A stretch of DNA of 64,000 nucleotides from positions 2,228-66,227 of the forward strand of contig JBBKWB010000020.1 in NCBI GenBank assembly GCA_037968755.1, written 5' to 3'. Shown here in pieces: positions 17,585-27,689 of this stretch. The translations under genes and the position numbers were made by a program. The notes beneath the pieces were generated by a model. It saw nothing but the letters and a program-made list of their open reading frames with translations, did no database searches and had not been told where the DNA came from. Numbering within the stretch: position 1 is the stretch's first letter; each line of letters starts with the position of its first letter. Source of the stretch: Woeseia sp. GTDB taxonomy: Bacteria > Pseudomonadota > Gammaproteobacteria > Steroidobacterales > Woeseiaceae.

Positions 17585-19225
17585 ATGCGACAGTTGCAAC
17601 GAATATTGATCGCTTGTGTGCTCACACTGGGCGCCTGGTCGGCCGGACCAGCGGACGAGCGCGGTGTTGCCGCCTCCGCGTCGCCGGAATTGACAGCACC
17701 CGGCCGCCTTGTGCTGGCGGTTATCGGTATTGATGACTACCGGCATTGGCAACATCTGGACAATGCCGTCAGTGATGCCGTTGGCTTTCAAAATGCGTTG
17801 GTCGAGAAAGCGGGATTCGCCGTGCCGATCGAGCCCCTGTTAAATGAAGATGCCACGAAGTCGGCGATCATGGAATTCATTCAGGACAAACTGCATGGTG
17901 AGTTGCTGGCTGACGATCAGCTGGTCCTGTTTTTTGCAGGGCATGGTCAGACTCGCGAAACTAACCTCGGTGATATCAAGCGGGAGTCGGGTTACCTCGT
18001 TCCGGTCGATGCACCCGCCGCTGGTGCAGGCGAACGATGGAGTGCCTACATTCCTATCGATGAATTTCTGCGTGCCGTCGACGAGCTGCCAGCGCGGCAC
18101 ATTCTGGTTGTTCTCGACGCATGCCATAGTGGTTTTGCTCTCGGCGATGCGGTCGACAAGATGCGCGGTGTTGACGAGTATCGCGATGTTTTGGCGAGCA
18201 AGATCAGTCGGCGTGCTATTACCTCGGCTCGCAAAGACCAGCTCGCGTCGGACAGTGGCCCGCTTCCAAACCATTCGTTGTTTACAGGGTCATTTGTGGA
18301 TGGGCTAACATGGGGCAAGATCGATATCGATGGCAATGGCCTGGTAACATCGTCGGAAATTGGTTTGTACCTGCGGCAAGTTGTCGGACAGGAAAGCAAT
18401 TCAGCACAAACACCAGACTTCGGCGCATTCGGTTTCGATGATCGAGGCGAACTTACAATATCGCTGAACAACCAGAGTTTCAGTGCGCTTATTGCGCGTT
18501 CAATGAACGCGCTCGATCATGGACGCCATGAGCAACTGGCGGCACTCAGCAATGAAATGTCAGCGACAAAACCCGACAATCCGACGACGCTTTATTTTCG
18601 CTACCGTCTGGCATTGTTGAATGGCAATATCGAAGATGCTATGGACGCTATCGATGCGCTGACCGAGACGCCGTTCGCCGCGGGTGAAATTCCGCTGACC
18701 GAAGTCGATGTACGGGACCTGCAGGTTCAGCTGCCGTACTGGAAGTCGGTTCTCGAGCTACCGGATCGCGGTAATGGCTTCGTTGATATTGGCGTAGAAC
18801 TTAAGTCGGGTGAAATTGTGTCGGCGGAGAGTCGAGGAGATGTGCAGGCCTTTCCCGTGCCCATCAACGACGAGTTTCGATTGCGCATCAAGAATAAAAC
18901 GAACCTCCCGCAATTCGTGTCGTTGCTGCTGATCTCCGAGACTGGCCACATAAGAACCGTACGGTTGTGGGAGCAGTTACAGCGCCACTTCGGCGGCATG
19001 CAGGAAGGTGAGACTGTTCTGTCGGTTCCCCTCCAGAAATACAGCGTGACGGGTATAGAAGAACTGCGTTTTATCGTTGCGCCGGCGCCGATCGAGGAAT
19101 TGTTGTTGCCGCTGGACACAAAGTCCAGGGGTGTCAGCAGGATTCGGGAGGAAAGCCTTGAGGTCATCGCGGACTCTCACCAAACGGTCGTTCGATTGGT
19201 GAGTTCTCACGACATTGCGAACTAA
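17585..19225 (+). CDS. exported caspase-like (C14) protein with DUF4384-like C-terminal domain
   Basis: Signal peptide MRQLQRILIACVLTLGAWSA. Dyad FFAGHG and LDACHSG. The C-terminal segment FPVPINDEFRLRIKNKTNLPQFVSLLLISETG is DUF4384-like. Confidence 0.85.
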   Translation: MRQLQRILIACVLTLGAWSAGPADERGVAASASPELTAPGRLVLAVIGIDDYRHWQHLDNAVSDAVGFQNALVEKAGFAVPIEPLLNEDATKSAIMEFIQDKLHGELLADDQLVLFFAGHGQTRETNLGDIKRESGYLVPVDAPAAGAGERWSAYIPIDEFLRAVDELPARHILVVLDACHSGFALGDAVDKMRGVDEYRDVLASKISRRAITSARKDQLASDSGPLPNHSLFTGSFVDGLTWGKIDIDGNGLVTSSEIGLYLRQVVGQESNSAQTPDFGAFGFDDRGELTISLNNQSFSALIARSMNALDHGRHEQLAALSNEMSATKPDNPTTLYFRYRLALLNGNIEDAMDAIDALTETPFAAGEIPLTEVDVRDLQVQLPYWKSVLELPDRGNGFVDIGVELKSGEIVSAESRGDVQAFPVPINDEFRLRIKNKTNLPQFVSLLLISETGHIRTVRLWEQLQRHFGGMQEGETVLSVPLQKYSVTGIEELRFIVAPAPIEELLLPLDTKSRGVSRIREESLEVIADSHQTVVRLVSSHDIAN

Positions 19226-19294
19226 CGTCGCCTTGCAGCGGTAGCGACCGGCGACGGTCAGCAGTGCTACATTGATCCGCATAAAGTCATTCTT

Positions 19295-19379
19295 GCCCTA
19301 ACCCGGGGCTCTTCCTGCGCTGGCATTCTGATCGGTGTGGCGCGGAAATGTTCCAATGAAAAACAACAACGCTCGCTCG
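19295..19379 (+). repeat. orphan copy of the leader plus first 8 codons of the 21817 gene
   Basis: About 68% ungapped identity over 81 nt with 21756-21838, including the identical 13-mer GGCATTCTGATCG. Encodes MKNNNARS versus MKSNNARS. Similarity stops at the CHAT gene stop codon (19380). Confidence 0.6.
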
Positions 19380-21620
19380 CTAGTGACCACCAACACCTGG
19401 ATCGCCACTGAGCGTAAAGGCCGCCCAGAAATAGGGATGCGGATACTGTTCGCGAACGTAACGCTGTGCCGCAGCCAGCGCCGCTGTTTTCGATTGACCG
19501 GATCGGAGTTGACGATAAAATTCAATCATTAACGCGCTCGTCGCCGCATCGTCGACTGGCCACAGGCTCGCAATTACAGAGTCGGCGCCCGCGGACAAAA
19601 ATGCACGGCTCAGGCCGACGACATCTTCGCCGGCACTCAGCTTACCCATCTGTGAATCGCACGCACTCAACACAATGAGCTCAACGCTTTCCAGCCGCAT
19701 GGAATAGATCTCATGCACTTCCAGCGAACCGTCCGCGCGGCGATCGCGGCCTAACAAAATGCGGGAGAACAGTGGTTTGACGGGATTAAGCTCTCCATGT
19801 GCGGCGATGTGAATGATGTCGGCGCCAGTCGCTCTGTCAACGAAGGCACTTTCCGTTGCCTGTGGGCCAAGAATAGCTTCGACGCCGTAAAGATCGGCGA
19901 TGGCCTGTGCTTCGGCATCAGCATGATCAAGTCTGTCAAACCCTTCAACCTCGGCCTGCGACATGACCAATATCTGCCCCCCAATGTGCAATGACGGTTT
20001 GAGATGAACACGTACACTTGCGGCAGGAAGATACGAGATCGTAAATCGGTCCGCGAGGTAGCCGTCGCCATCGGTCAGCGACGCGAATGACAGGTAGTTG
20101 AGCGCACGATGCGGCACGATGATCAGATTGCCTTCAGCGACACCACTTTCCAGTGGGGCAAACAACTTGCCATACAAATCGGTAAGGCTCTGTCGGAGTG
20201 GCGGTCCAACGGCATTGTTCGCAGCGGTGATACCACGAGCGCTCGAGCCTGCGAGCTGATCCAACCGCGAAACCATGTCCTGTATTTCGAGGTATCCGGC
20301 GTCGAGAACCACGACATTCAGTGATGAATTGTCGACGATGAAGGCGAAGGTTTCATCGACTGAAACGAAGTAGCTAATCAAAGTCGTCCCATCCGGCAGC
20401 GTCGCCTGCAAGTCTGCGAGCGATGCAACAGCGACGCTACTCAAGCTGGATGCGGCGACATCATCGCCGAGGTTCTCCCGGCTGCTGTCGCGGCTGCGCT
20501 CAAGACTGCTGATCTCTTCGCGCAATGATCGCGCGCGATCGTCACCCTCACGGGCTTCCTCTCGCTGTAGATCACGTTGCAATTCCAGCAATTGCCAGTT
20601 CAGGCTTTCAACGCGGCTAAGCTCGAACGCCGTGCGATTATTCGTCCGTGTAGCGCCGAGCTGATCTATAAATATACGCGCGCGGGATCGCTCGCTGTAT
20701 AAAAACGCTTTCTCGATTTCACCTTGATGCACGGCTGCCGTAACCGCACCAATGTATGCCGGTCCCGATACAGTCGGGGCAGACAGACGAAAGACTTCAG
20801 GCTCACCGGCGGAGACCACGGCTTCCTGTATCTCGATGGCCTCTTCAAACACCACAAGTGCTTCGTCGTAACGTTCTTGTGCTAGGTAGACGCTCCCGAT
20901 GCCCACTAACGGTAGCAACGACCAGGTCGGAATCGGCAGGCGACGCGCTCGCACGAGAGCATCTTCATAAGTGGCGAGCGCCAGATCGTAATTTTTCTGT
21001 TCTTGGTAAACGTTGCCCTTGGCGGCAATGACGCCGGCGCGCGCTCCGGAATCTAGCAGCGCAGAGCCAAGTGCTCGGTCGTAAGCTTCGATGGCATCTT
21101 CATTGTGTCCTTCGGCCACCAACACGCTGCCCATATTCGCAAACAGGGTCGGGGCGGCGGCAGCATAATAAGTTGTGCCCCTAAGTACCTCATGTGCTTC
21201 CAAATACTGTTTGGCGGCAGCTTCGTTGTTTCGCATTAAAAAGTGGGTATTGCCAATTTTCTGCAGCAATACCGCGTAGTTGTCCTTGGCGCCAATCTGT
21301 CTGGCGAATTCTGCGGCATCTTCGTAATACGTCCGCGCGCGCTCAGGCTGACCGAGGGCCGCATAGGTATCGCCAATCAAGCCGACTGCAACAGCCTCGT
21401 TAAACAGATCTTTCTCGCGTTGCAGAGTTTCGCGGGCGCTCAACAATTCAAGCAAGCCTAAGCGGTACCGCCCGGACGTGACGTAGCCGATACCGCGCTG
21501 CATCTGGGGGTACCAGTCTGGCGTATTTCCGCTGACGCGGCTGCTACGTTCGTACTGAATCGAGCATGCCGTCAGAACAAGCGTAAGAATTGCCAGCCAC
21601 ATTGGAAGAGCGTTGCGCAT
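19380..21620 (-). CDS. TPR-repeat CHAT-domain lipoprotein
   Basis: Lipobox LVLTAC. TPR-like repeats over about 300 aa. CHAT dyad IIHIAAHG and LSACDS, followed by SLWPVDD. Confidence 0.85.
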   Translation of the reverse strand: MRNALPMWLAILTLVLTACSIQYERSSRVSGNTPDWYPQMQRGIGYVTSGRYRLGLLELLSARETLQREKDLFNEAVAVGLIGDTYAALGQPERARTYYEDAAEFARQIGAKDNYAVLLQKIGNTHFLMRNNEAAAKQYLEAHEVLRGTTYYAAAAPTLFANMGSVLVAEGHNEDAIEAYDRALGSALLDSGARAGVIAAKGNVYQEQKNYDLALATYEDALVRARRLPIPTWSLLPLVGIGSVYLAQERYDEALVVFEEAIEIQEAVVSAGEPEVFRLSAPTVSGPAYIGAVTAAVHQGEIEKAFLYSERSRARIFIDQLGATRTNNRTAFELSRVESLNWQLLELQRDLQREEAREGDDRARSLREEISSLERSRDSSRENLGDDVAASSLSSVAVASLADLQATLPDGTTLISYFVSVDETFAFIVDNSSLNVVVLDAGYLEIQDMVSRLDQLAGSSARGITAANNAVGPPLRQSLTDLYGKLFAPLESGVAEGNLIIVPHRALNYLSFASLTDGDGYLADRFTISYLPAASVRVHLKPSLHIGGQILVMSQAEVEGFDRLDHADAEAQAIADLYGVEAILGPQATESAFVDRATGADIIHIAAHGELNPVKPLFSRILLGRDRRADGSLEVHEIYSMRLESVELIVLSACDSQMGKLSAGEDVVGLSRAFLSAGADSVIASLWPVDDAATSALMIEFYRQLRSGQSKTAALAAAQRYVREQYPHPYFWAAFTLSGDPGVGGH

Positions 21621-21755
21621 GCGCCCAAAACCTCGGTGGTCGTCTCACCTGATTATGCCAGACCGGGGATCTGCTGGCAGGAACAACGAGTACAGTGGCG
21701 GCGGCGGCCCCAGCGGCGGCGGCCGGTGCTAGAATAAGCTATACACGGTTTATTC

Positions 21756-21816
21756 GCCCTGCCCTGGGACCGCTCCCTTGCGGGCATTCTGATCGTTCAG
21801 ATGCAGGAGCATTCCG
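21756..21816 (+). promoter_or_regulatory. conserved upstream leader shared with 19295-19355
   Basis: Paralogous with the orphan copy. Lies in the divergent intergenic region between the CHAT gene (minus) and the 21817 gene (plus). Confidence 0.4.
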
Positions 21817-22824
21817 ATGAAAAGTAACAATGCCCGGTCGCCGATAGTAGCGCGCGCGGTAGCTTTTTTGTTACCCGCACTTTTAATTCCGTGGGTTGCC
21901 GCCGCGGCGGAAGTTGGTAGTGGCGGTGTCATTATTCGGGTTGACGACGGCTTGTCGCAGGAATTTTGTGTCGATGGCAGCAGCGATCAAATTTGGCTGC
22001 ACCTGCGCCGATTCATCGCGCGCAGGGACAGCAATGTATTCAAAGCTGACTCCAGCATTGGAATGGTTATTGACACCACGATTACAGGCGACATCGGGCG
22101 GCAAAAAGACAAGATCAATTTTCCGATCGTCTTCCAGGCCACAGTACGCAGCTACCAAAAAGGCCTGGTCTCAATTCCTATCGAGAAAGGCATCTTGTCA
22201 GGCTTTGCGTTGAGATCCGGCGACACTCGCTACACGCAGGTCGACTTCTCGTTTCGGTTTCTGAAAGTGCAGGAAGATACGACCATCAGTCGTGCGATCA
22301 AGTCTATTGCCGGTATCACGGAGGCCTTCAATATTCCAGCAGAATTGTTTGGTGGTTCATTTCAGATGTACGCATCCGTCGCATCGTCGTTGATCGACAA
22401 TGTGTTCACCGACAACCGTTACAGCACTAAGGATCCGCTGGCATCCATTGTCCTGGCGTTCGATCCTACCGGACAGTGTGACAATTTATTGTTCGAGAAA
22501 ACTGGTACCAAGGCAGTCATCTTGAGCGCGGGTGGTGACGAAAAAGATGGCATCGTCAGTATCGATACGATCAACGGCTACTGTTTTGCCGCAGAGCTGC
22601 GGCCGGCTTTCGAATTGTGGTTCTGGAACCGGGTCGGTGGAATTTGCGAGGCCCGGCCCGCTGATGCGAAGCAGCTGCGCAATCCTTATTTCGGTTTCTA
22701 CGTGACTGCGACTCCGACCGATAATGCAGCGCCAACGCGTGGTGCACGCGATCAAAGCATGTTGAGCCTGTGCGCCGCGCATGGGCTAACGGATCCGATG
22801 CAATGCGGCGGCATCAGCGAATAG
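21817..22824 (+). CDS. hypothetical exported protein (no family recognised)
   Basis: 335-aa ORF with signal peptide AFLLPALLIPWVAAAAEV. Its 3' end overlaps the start of the downstream CHAT gene. Confidence 0.5.
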   Translation: MKSNNARSPIVARAVAFLLPALLIPWVAAAAEVGSGGVIIRVDDGLSQEFCVDGSSDQIWLHLRRFIARRDSNVFKADSSIGMVIDTTITGDIGRQKDKINFPIVFQATVRSYQKGLVSIPIEKGILSGFALRSGDTRYTQVDFSFRFLKVQEDTTISRAIKSIAGITEAFNIPAELFGGSFQMYASVASSLIDNVFTDNRYSTKDPLASIVLAFDPTGQCDNLLFEKTGTKAVILSAGGDEKDGIVSIDTINGYCFAAELRPAFELWFWNRVGGICEARPADAKQLRNPYFGFYVTATPTDNAAPTRGARDQSMLSLCAAHGLTDPMQCGGISE

Positions 22825-25484
22825 CGACACGCGCGCTTGTCAAAACCGCGCTTCTGATCGCGGCAGCGAACGCTTTGGCGATGAGCGGTGGGACGCCGTG
22901 GGCCGAGATTAGTGCAGCGGTGCCCGAGGCCAGCCGCGATCCCAGTCTCGCTGGACCTGTACTGAACTCGGTAAAAGAAGTGCTGCTCAATGCGCGCGCC
23001 GACAATGATGCTATCGGTTTGGCAATGGCCAGTTTCGTAGTCGGCGAAATCCTTGAGCAGAACCAGGTTTACCAGGAAGCGCTGCAATACTACGAAAGTG
23101 GGCTGCAGGTACTGGCGGACAGTGACACGGTCGTTGCCATCGATGTCGATTTTCTGCTGCAGCGCATTCAAGGATTTGAAAAGCGATTCAGCGGGCCTGC
23201 CCAAATGCCTGGCAGCGCTGACCTGTACCGCGGCCGTGCGAATTCTGGGCAAATCGCATCGCTGTCAAAAGCTGCCGCATCACAACATCTGGCAACAGCG
23301 CTGGCAGTGAATGTCGGCAACCTCTACCTGCGGCAAATGCAGCTTCAACCGGCGGCCGAGTATTTTATGGCGGCGGTCTCATCCGCAAAGCAGTCCGGTG
23401 ATATTTCCGCCGAAGCAGAGGCGTACTCCAACCTTGCGTGGACGTCGATCACTGGTGGTGACTTCGAGTCGGCGACGCTGCATTTGCGCGAGGCGATGGA
23501 GCTGGGCGGCAACAACGGGGTTCGTGAGCCGCTCCGCAAAGCGACCCTGGCAATTGGAGTAAATGCACGCGAAAGCGGCCAAGTCGAAGCTGCGATTGAA
23601 AATCTAACGAAAGCTGTTGGCTTGTATAACGATGTGGGCGACGAGGTTGGCGTGGGGCGCGCCCGCGCACACCTGGGTACGGCACTACTCCTCGCCGAAC
23701 AACTGCACAGCGCAAAGGATGCATACTTGGCTGCGCTACTTATAGGTCGGGAAACAGGGGACGAGGAAACAATCCAGCACAGCCGTGGCGGCCTGGCGCG
23801 AACGTATCAGAAACTGGGCGACTGGCCGTCATCGGCGGCAGCTTTCGCAGGCTATTTTGATGCGTTAGATGAATTCGTTAGCGCTTGGCGCACAGATCAG
23901 GGCCGCGTTGCGATATTCGAAAGTCAACAGGCAATGCTTGACGATTACGCAACCGTTGAAAGCGAGATTGCGATGCAGTCGGGCGACTTTTCCCGCTTGC
24001 ACGCGGTTATACAGAAAGTGCGGGGTCGCGCACTGGCCTGCTTATTGCAGTCCAAGCAAAACCGAATTGTCCGTCCGGCAGGTATGCTGGACGGTGGTAC
24101 CGTCTTCTACGGAAAAAACTGGGATTACATACAGCGAGAATATGCGCATGCGATAGGCACTGACGCGGCTATGTCAATGATGGAACAACGTGCGCCAGCC
24201 GTTGCGGTGGGCACGACCACAACGGCCGACGCCGTCACCGATCACTGCGGAATTCAGACTGGCTTCGCCGAACGAACGCATAGCGGCCCTCCGATACTTG
24301 AATACTATGTGGCGCCAGACCGCCTCGTTATTCTGTTGACGGATGAGCGCGGGATTCATGGTCAGATTATCGACATTGGGGCATCTGACCTACGAACACG
24401 AGTGAACCGCTACCTGGAGGCGATTCAAGTCGATCAGCCGCGGGGTGTTGTCGCCGCCGGCACAGCCGCAACAACCCAAGCTCAGGCCGGCGATGTGCAA
24501 GCAGCCATTGCACGCCAACTGTACGACCAGCTGATACGGCCCGTCGAGACGCACCTGCGGCAAAGTACTCACAAGTCCATTGTCATTATTCCGGACGAGT
24601 CGTTGTGGCGTTTACCGTTCGCTGCGCTACTTGATCGAGAAGACCGCTATTTCGGAGATCGTTTTGAAAGCGGTTACATCACTTCTCAAACCGCGCTTAG
24701 TATGCTCCGTTCGCGTCAACGGCACGCGGATCACAATTCGGTGCGGGCCTGGGTTGTCGGTAACCCAACCTTGCCGAATGCCGTCAATGGTTGCGGCGAA
24801 CGCTTTGAGCTCAGTAACCTGCCGAACGCTGAAGCGGAAGCAACAGAAGTTGCCGAAATTTTGGGCGAAAACAATGTCGATCTGTTCGTCGGCGGCGCCG
24901 CAGATCGACTTCGACTGGATGCCTGGCATTCCGATTATTCGGTGTTGCATCTCGCCACGCATGGCATCGCTTGCCCGAGTGATCCACTCAGTTCTTTTGT
25001 CGCACTGACTGCCCTCGACAGCACTACACTCAAAATTCCGCCAGACAACACGATCGCCGAGAATGTTGTCGATTCTCGTTTGCCGGTACAACTGAATTTT
25101 GATTTTGATCTGGAACAGGTTGATGCAGAGCCTTCACCCTCGTATCCCGGTGTATTGCAGGCGCGCCACGTAATCAATGAATACAATCTTCAGGCTGATT
25201 TGGTCACGCTCAGTGCCTGCCAGTCCGGACTTGGGCAGGTGTCAGGTGACGGAACAATCGGTTTTGCGCGGGCTTTTCTTGCCGCGGGTGCGCGATCCGT
25301 TATCGTCAGCTTGTGGAAAGTGGACGATCACGCTACACGTTTGCTCATGACCCAGTTTTACAAAGGTTATGCCGAACACGGTAACAAGGCACGTGCGCTG
25401 CAGAATGCCATGACAGCGACGCGGGCTATTTATCAAGATCCGCAGTACTGGGCCGGTTTCGTTCTGATCGGCATGCAGGAGTAG
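22803..25484 (+). CDS. TPR-repeat CHAT-domain protein, exported
   Basis: Met at 22803 gives signal-like MRRHQRIATRALVKTALLIAAANALA (the ORF opens at 22770). CHAT dyad VLHLATHG and LSACQSG, followed by SLWKVDD. Confidence 0.85.
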   Translation: MRRHQRIATRALVKTALLIAAANALAMSGGTPWAEISAAVPEASRDPSLAGPVLNSVKEVLLNARADNDAIGLAMASFVVGEILEQNQVYQEALQYYESGLQVLADSDTVVAIDVDFLLQRIQGFEKRFSGPAQMPGSADLYRGRANSGQIASLSKAAASQHLATALAVNVGNLYLRQMQLQPAAEYFMAAVSSAKQSGDISAEAEAYSNLAWTSITGGDFESATLHLREAMELGGNNGVREPLRKATLAIGVNARESGQVEAAIENLTKAVGLYNDVGDEVGVGRARAHLGTALLLAEQLHSAKDAYLAALLIGRETGDEETIQHSRGGLARTYQKLGDWPSSAAAFAGYFDALDEFVSAWRTDQGRVAIFESQQAMLDDYATVESEIAMQSGDFSRLHAVIQKVRGRALACLLQSKQNRIVRPAGMLDGGTVFYGKNWDYIQREYAHAIGTDAAMSMMEQRAPAVAVGTTTTADAVTDHCGIQTGFAERTHSGPPILEYYVAPDRLVILLTDERGIHGQIIDIGASDLRTRVNRYLEAIQVDQPRGVVAAGTAATTQAQAGDVQAAIARQLYDQLIRPVETHLRQSTHKSIVIIPDESLWRLPFAALLDREDRYFGDRFESGYITSQTALSMLRSRQRHADHNSVRAWVVGNPTLPNAVNGCGERFELSNLPNAEAEATEVAEILGENNVDLFVGGAADRLRLDAWHSDYSVLHLATHGIACPSDPLSSFVALTALDSTTLKIPPDNTIAENVVDSRLPVQLNFDFDLEQVDAEPSPSYPGVLQARHVINEYNLQADLVTLSACQSGLGQVSGDGTIGFARAFLAAGARSVIVSLWKVDDHATRLLMTQFYKGYAEHGNKARALQNAMTATRAIYQDPQYWAGFVLIGMQE

Positions 25485-25511
25485 CACCATGCGACACGAC
25501 AGGGGTTAGCG

Positions 25512-27650
25512 ATGAAAAACACTCTACGAGTGACGCCGTTTGTCTTTGTATTTGTATCGGCATTGGTAGCGGTGCAGATGTTCGCAATTGGTGATGCGAT
25601 GGCGGCAAAGCGCGCGCTGATTGTAACGATCGGCGAGTATCAGCCCGATACGGGCTGGAAAACAATCAGTTCAAACAGCGATTTACCCATCATGCAACAC
25701 GCTCTTGAACGTCAGGGTTTCGCAATCGACAATATCACGCATCTTTCTCAAGAGCGGGCGACGCACGACGGCATTGTTAAGGCCATTGAAGACCACCTGA
25801 TCAAGCCAGCCGCGCCAGGCGATGTTGTGGTGTTTCACTACTCCGGTCACGGTCAGCAAATTCGTGACGACAATTACGACGAAATAGATGGCTACGATGA
25901 AGCACTCGTGCCAGTCGACGCGCCGGAATCTCCGCCAACAGGATACAACGGTGAAAAGCATCTGCGTGACGACGAACTCGGAGCGCTATTGTACAGATTG
26001 CGGAAACGTGTTGGTCCTAACGGCGACGTACTGGTGTTCCTGGATTCGTGCCATTCGGGAACAGCGACACGCGGTGATGCTTATCCGGACCCAGTGCGCG
26101 GCAGCGCTTCTCCAATAGGTGCGCCGCTGGAACATGATGGTGCGCATCGCAATGACAACGACGCTAGCGGCTTTCTGGATGCTTCATCACAACGGGGAAC
26201 TGGCGGTGATAATCCCGAAGACCTGGCACCAATGGTGGTAATCGCCGCCGAGAATCACAACCGACTCGCTGAAGAAACCACCGACGAAAACGGCGGCCGC
26301 GTTGGCGCCTTGAGCTGGGCACTCAGCAAGGCGCTCGTCGATGCCGACGAACAGACCACCTACCGCGACTTATTCGAGACAGTCAAGCGTCACACTGCGG
26401 CCAAACACATTCCCAATAGTCCGCAGGCGGAGGGGAAACTCGACCGGTTGCTGTTTGCAGGACAGGCAGTCGACCAGAACCCGTACTACCGAGTGAAGGC
26501 AATGAACCTCGATGAAAAGTGGGCGGAACTTGAGGGCGGTGCGCTGGTTGGTTTGCTCAAGGGTTCGGAAGTCGAAATTCATCAGGTGAATACTCGTCTG
26601 CCGCAGCCCGATACTCTGATTGCAAAAGGCAGGGTCAATCATGCAACGCCGTATACCGCCGAAATCGCGATTACTGAGGTGGTTGAGACGGGCGCCGAAT
26701 CCGGCATTGCTTTTGTTACCGCGCAATCTTTCGGTTCGCTGCGCGTCAATGTCTATGTTGATGCGGCGGATGATTCAGTCTGGCGCGAGAAAGTGGTCTA
26801 CACATTGGAACGGGAGGCCGCGCGGCAAACGTCCCTGATCGTGCTGCTCGAAGAAAAACCAGCTGGCCTGGTTGCAACCGACGCGAGCAAGATTGTATTG
26901 GTACGTGAAATCAGGAACGGGGCACCGTCCCAACGTGGTGTCGTTCTGGAGACTTGGGAGAACGGCCAACGTCTGATCCCTGGTCCCTTTAAGACTTCAG
27001 ACCCGGCATTGGCCAGCAAACTGATCGCGCGCATAGAACGGTATGCACAGAATGCCTACCTGCGGGCATTGGATGTACAGGCAGATGGAATGGAGGTTGC
27101 GCTTGATCTGATTCCCTGCGAGACGGAATGCACGGGTTTGAGCGAATGCGGTGGCAGTTGCCGTTGTATTGCAGAAGGTGATCCACAGGATATTTTAGAT
27201 ACTGGCAATAACCTGAGCATGAAAAAAGGCGCGGGATTCGGTCTGCGCCTTAGAAACGTCGGTAGCAAACCGGTTTATGCGACCGTTCTTGACTTGATGC
27301 CTGATGGGGATATCGCGTCGCTGTGGCCACTACCCGGGACGTCCGCCGCCGATACCAAGATTGAGGGAGGCAAGGCTTATCGTATAGCGGACCCCAATCA
27401 CCAGAACGAGTTAGCAGTGTATCTTGCCTGTCCGCCGTTCGGCACCGATATGCTGAAAATCATCGCGACGACAGAACCCGTCGATTTTGGTCCGATTACG
27501 CGCGGCACCCGAACACGTGGCGGTGAACGCGGCCCTCTGGACGTGTTGTTCGAAAACAGCTTGCGCGGAATGCGCGGTGTCGCACCCGCATTCGCTGTCG
27601 GTTCAATCAGCACGTCGTCCGTTTTGTTAATCGTGGAGGACACTGAGTAG
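25512..27650 (+). CDS. exported caspase-like (C14) protein with DUF4384-like C-terminal domain
   Basis: Signal peptide. Dyad HYSGHG and LDSCHSG. The C-terminal segment GFGLRLRNVGSKPVYATVLDLMPDGDIASLWP is DUF4384-like. Confidence 0.85.
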   Translation: MKNTLRVTPFVFVFVSALVAVQMFAIGDAMAAKRALIVTIGEYQPDTGWKTISSNSDLPIMQHALERQGFAIDNITHLSQERATHDGIVKAIEDHLIKPAAPGDVVVFHYSGHGQQIRDDNYDEIDGYDEALVPVDAPESPPTGYNGEKHLRDDELGALLYRLRKRVGPNGDVLVFLDSCHSGTATRGDAYPDPVRGSASPIGAPLEHDGAHRNDNDASGFLDASSQRGTGGDNPEDLAPMVVIAAENHNRLAEETTDENGGRVGALSWALSKALVDADEQTTYRDLFETVKRHTAAKHIPNSPQAEGKLDRLLFAGQAVDQNPYYRVKAMNLDEKWAELEGGALVGLLKGSEVEIHQVNTRLPQPDTLIAKGRVNHATPYTAEIAITEVVETGAESGIAFVTAQSFGSLRVNVYVDAADDSVWREKVVYTLEREAARQTSLIVLLEEKPAGLVATDASKIVLVREIRNGAPSQRGVVLETWENGQRLIPGPFKTSDPALASKLIARIERYAQNAYLRALDVQADGMEVALDLIPCETECTGLSECGGSCRCIAEGDPQDILDTGNNLSMKKGAGFGLRLRNVGSKPVYATVLDLMPDGDIASLWPLPGTSAADTKIEGGKAYRIADPNHQNELAVYLACPPFGTDMLKIIATTEPVDFGPITRGTRTRGGERGPLDVLFENSLRGMRGVAPAFAVGSISTSSVLLIVEDTE

Positions 27651-27689
27651 TTCGAAATATGGCGGTTCTTCAACACTACCAATCGATGC

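Noticed and set aside
19335-19532. 65-aa ORF (MWRGNVPMKNNNARS...)
   Set aside because: Only the MKNNNARS segment is homologous to the 21817 gene start. The rest is antisense to the 3' end of the CHAT gene. It is treated as a relic rather than a gene.
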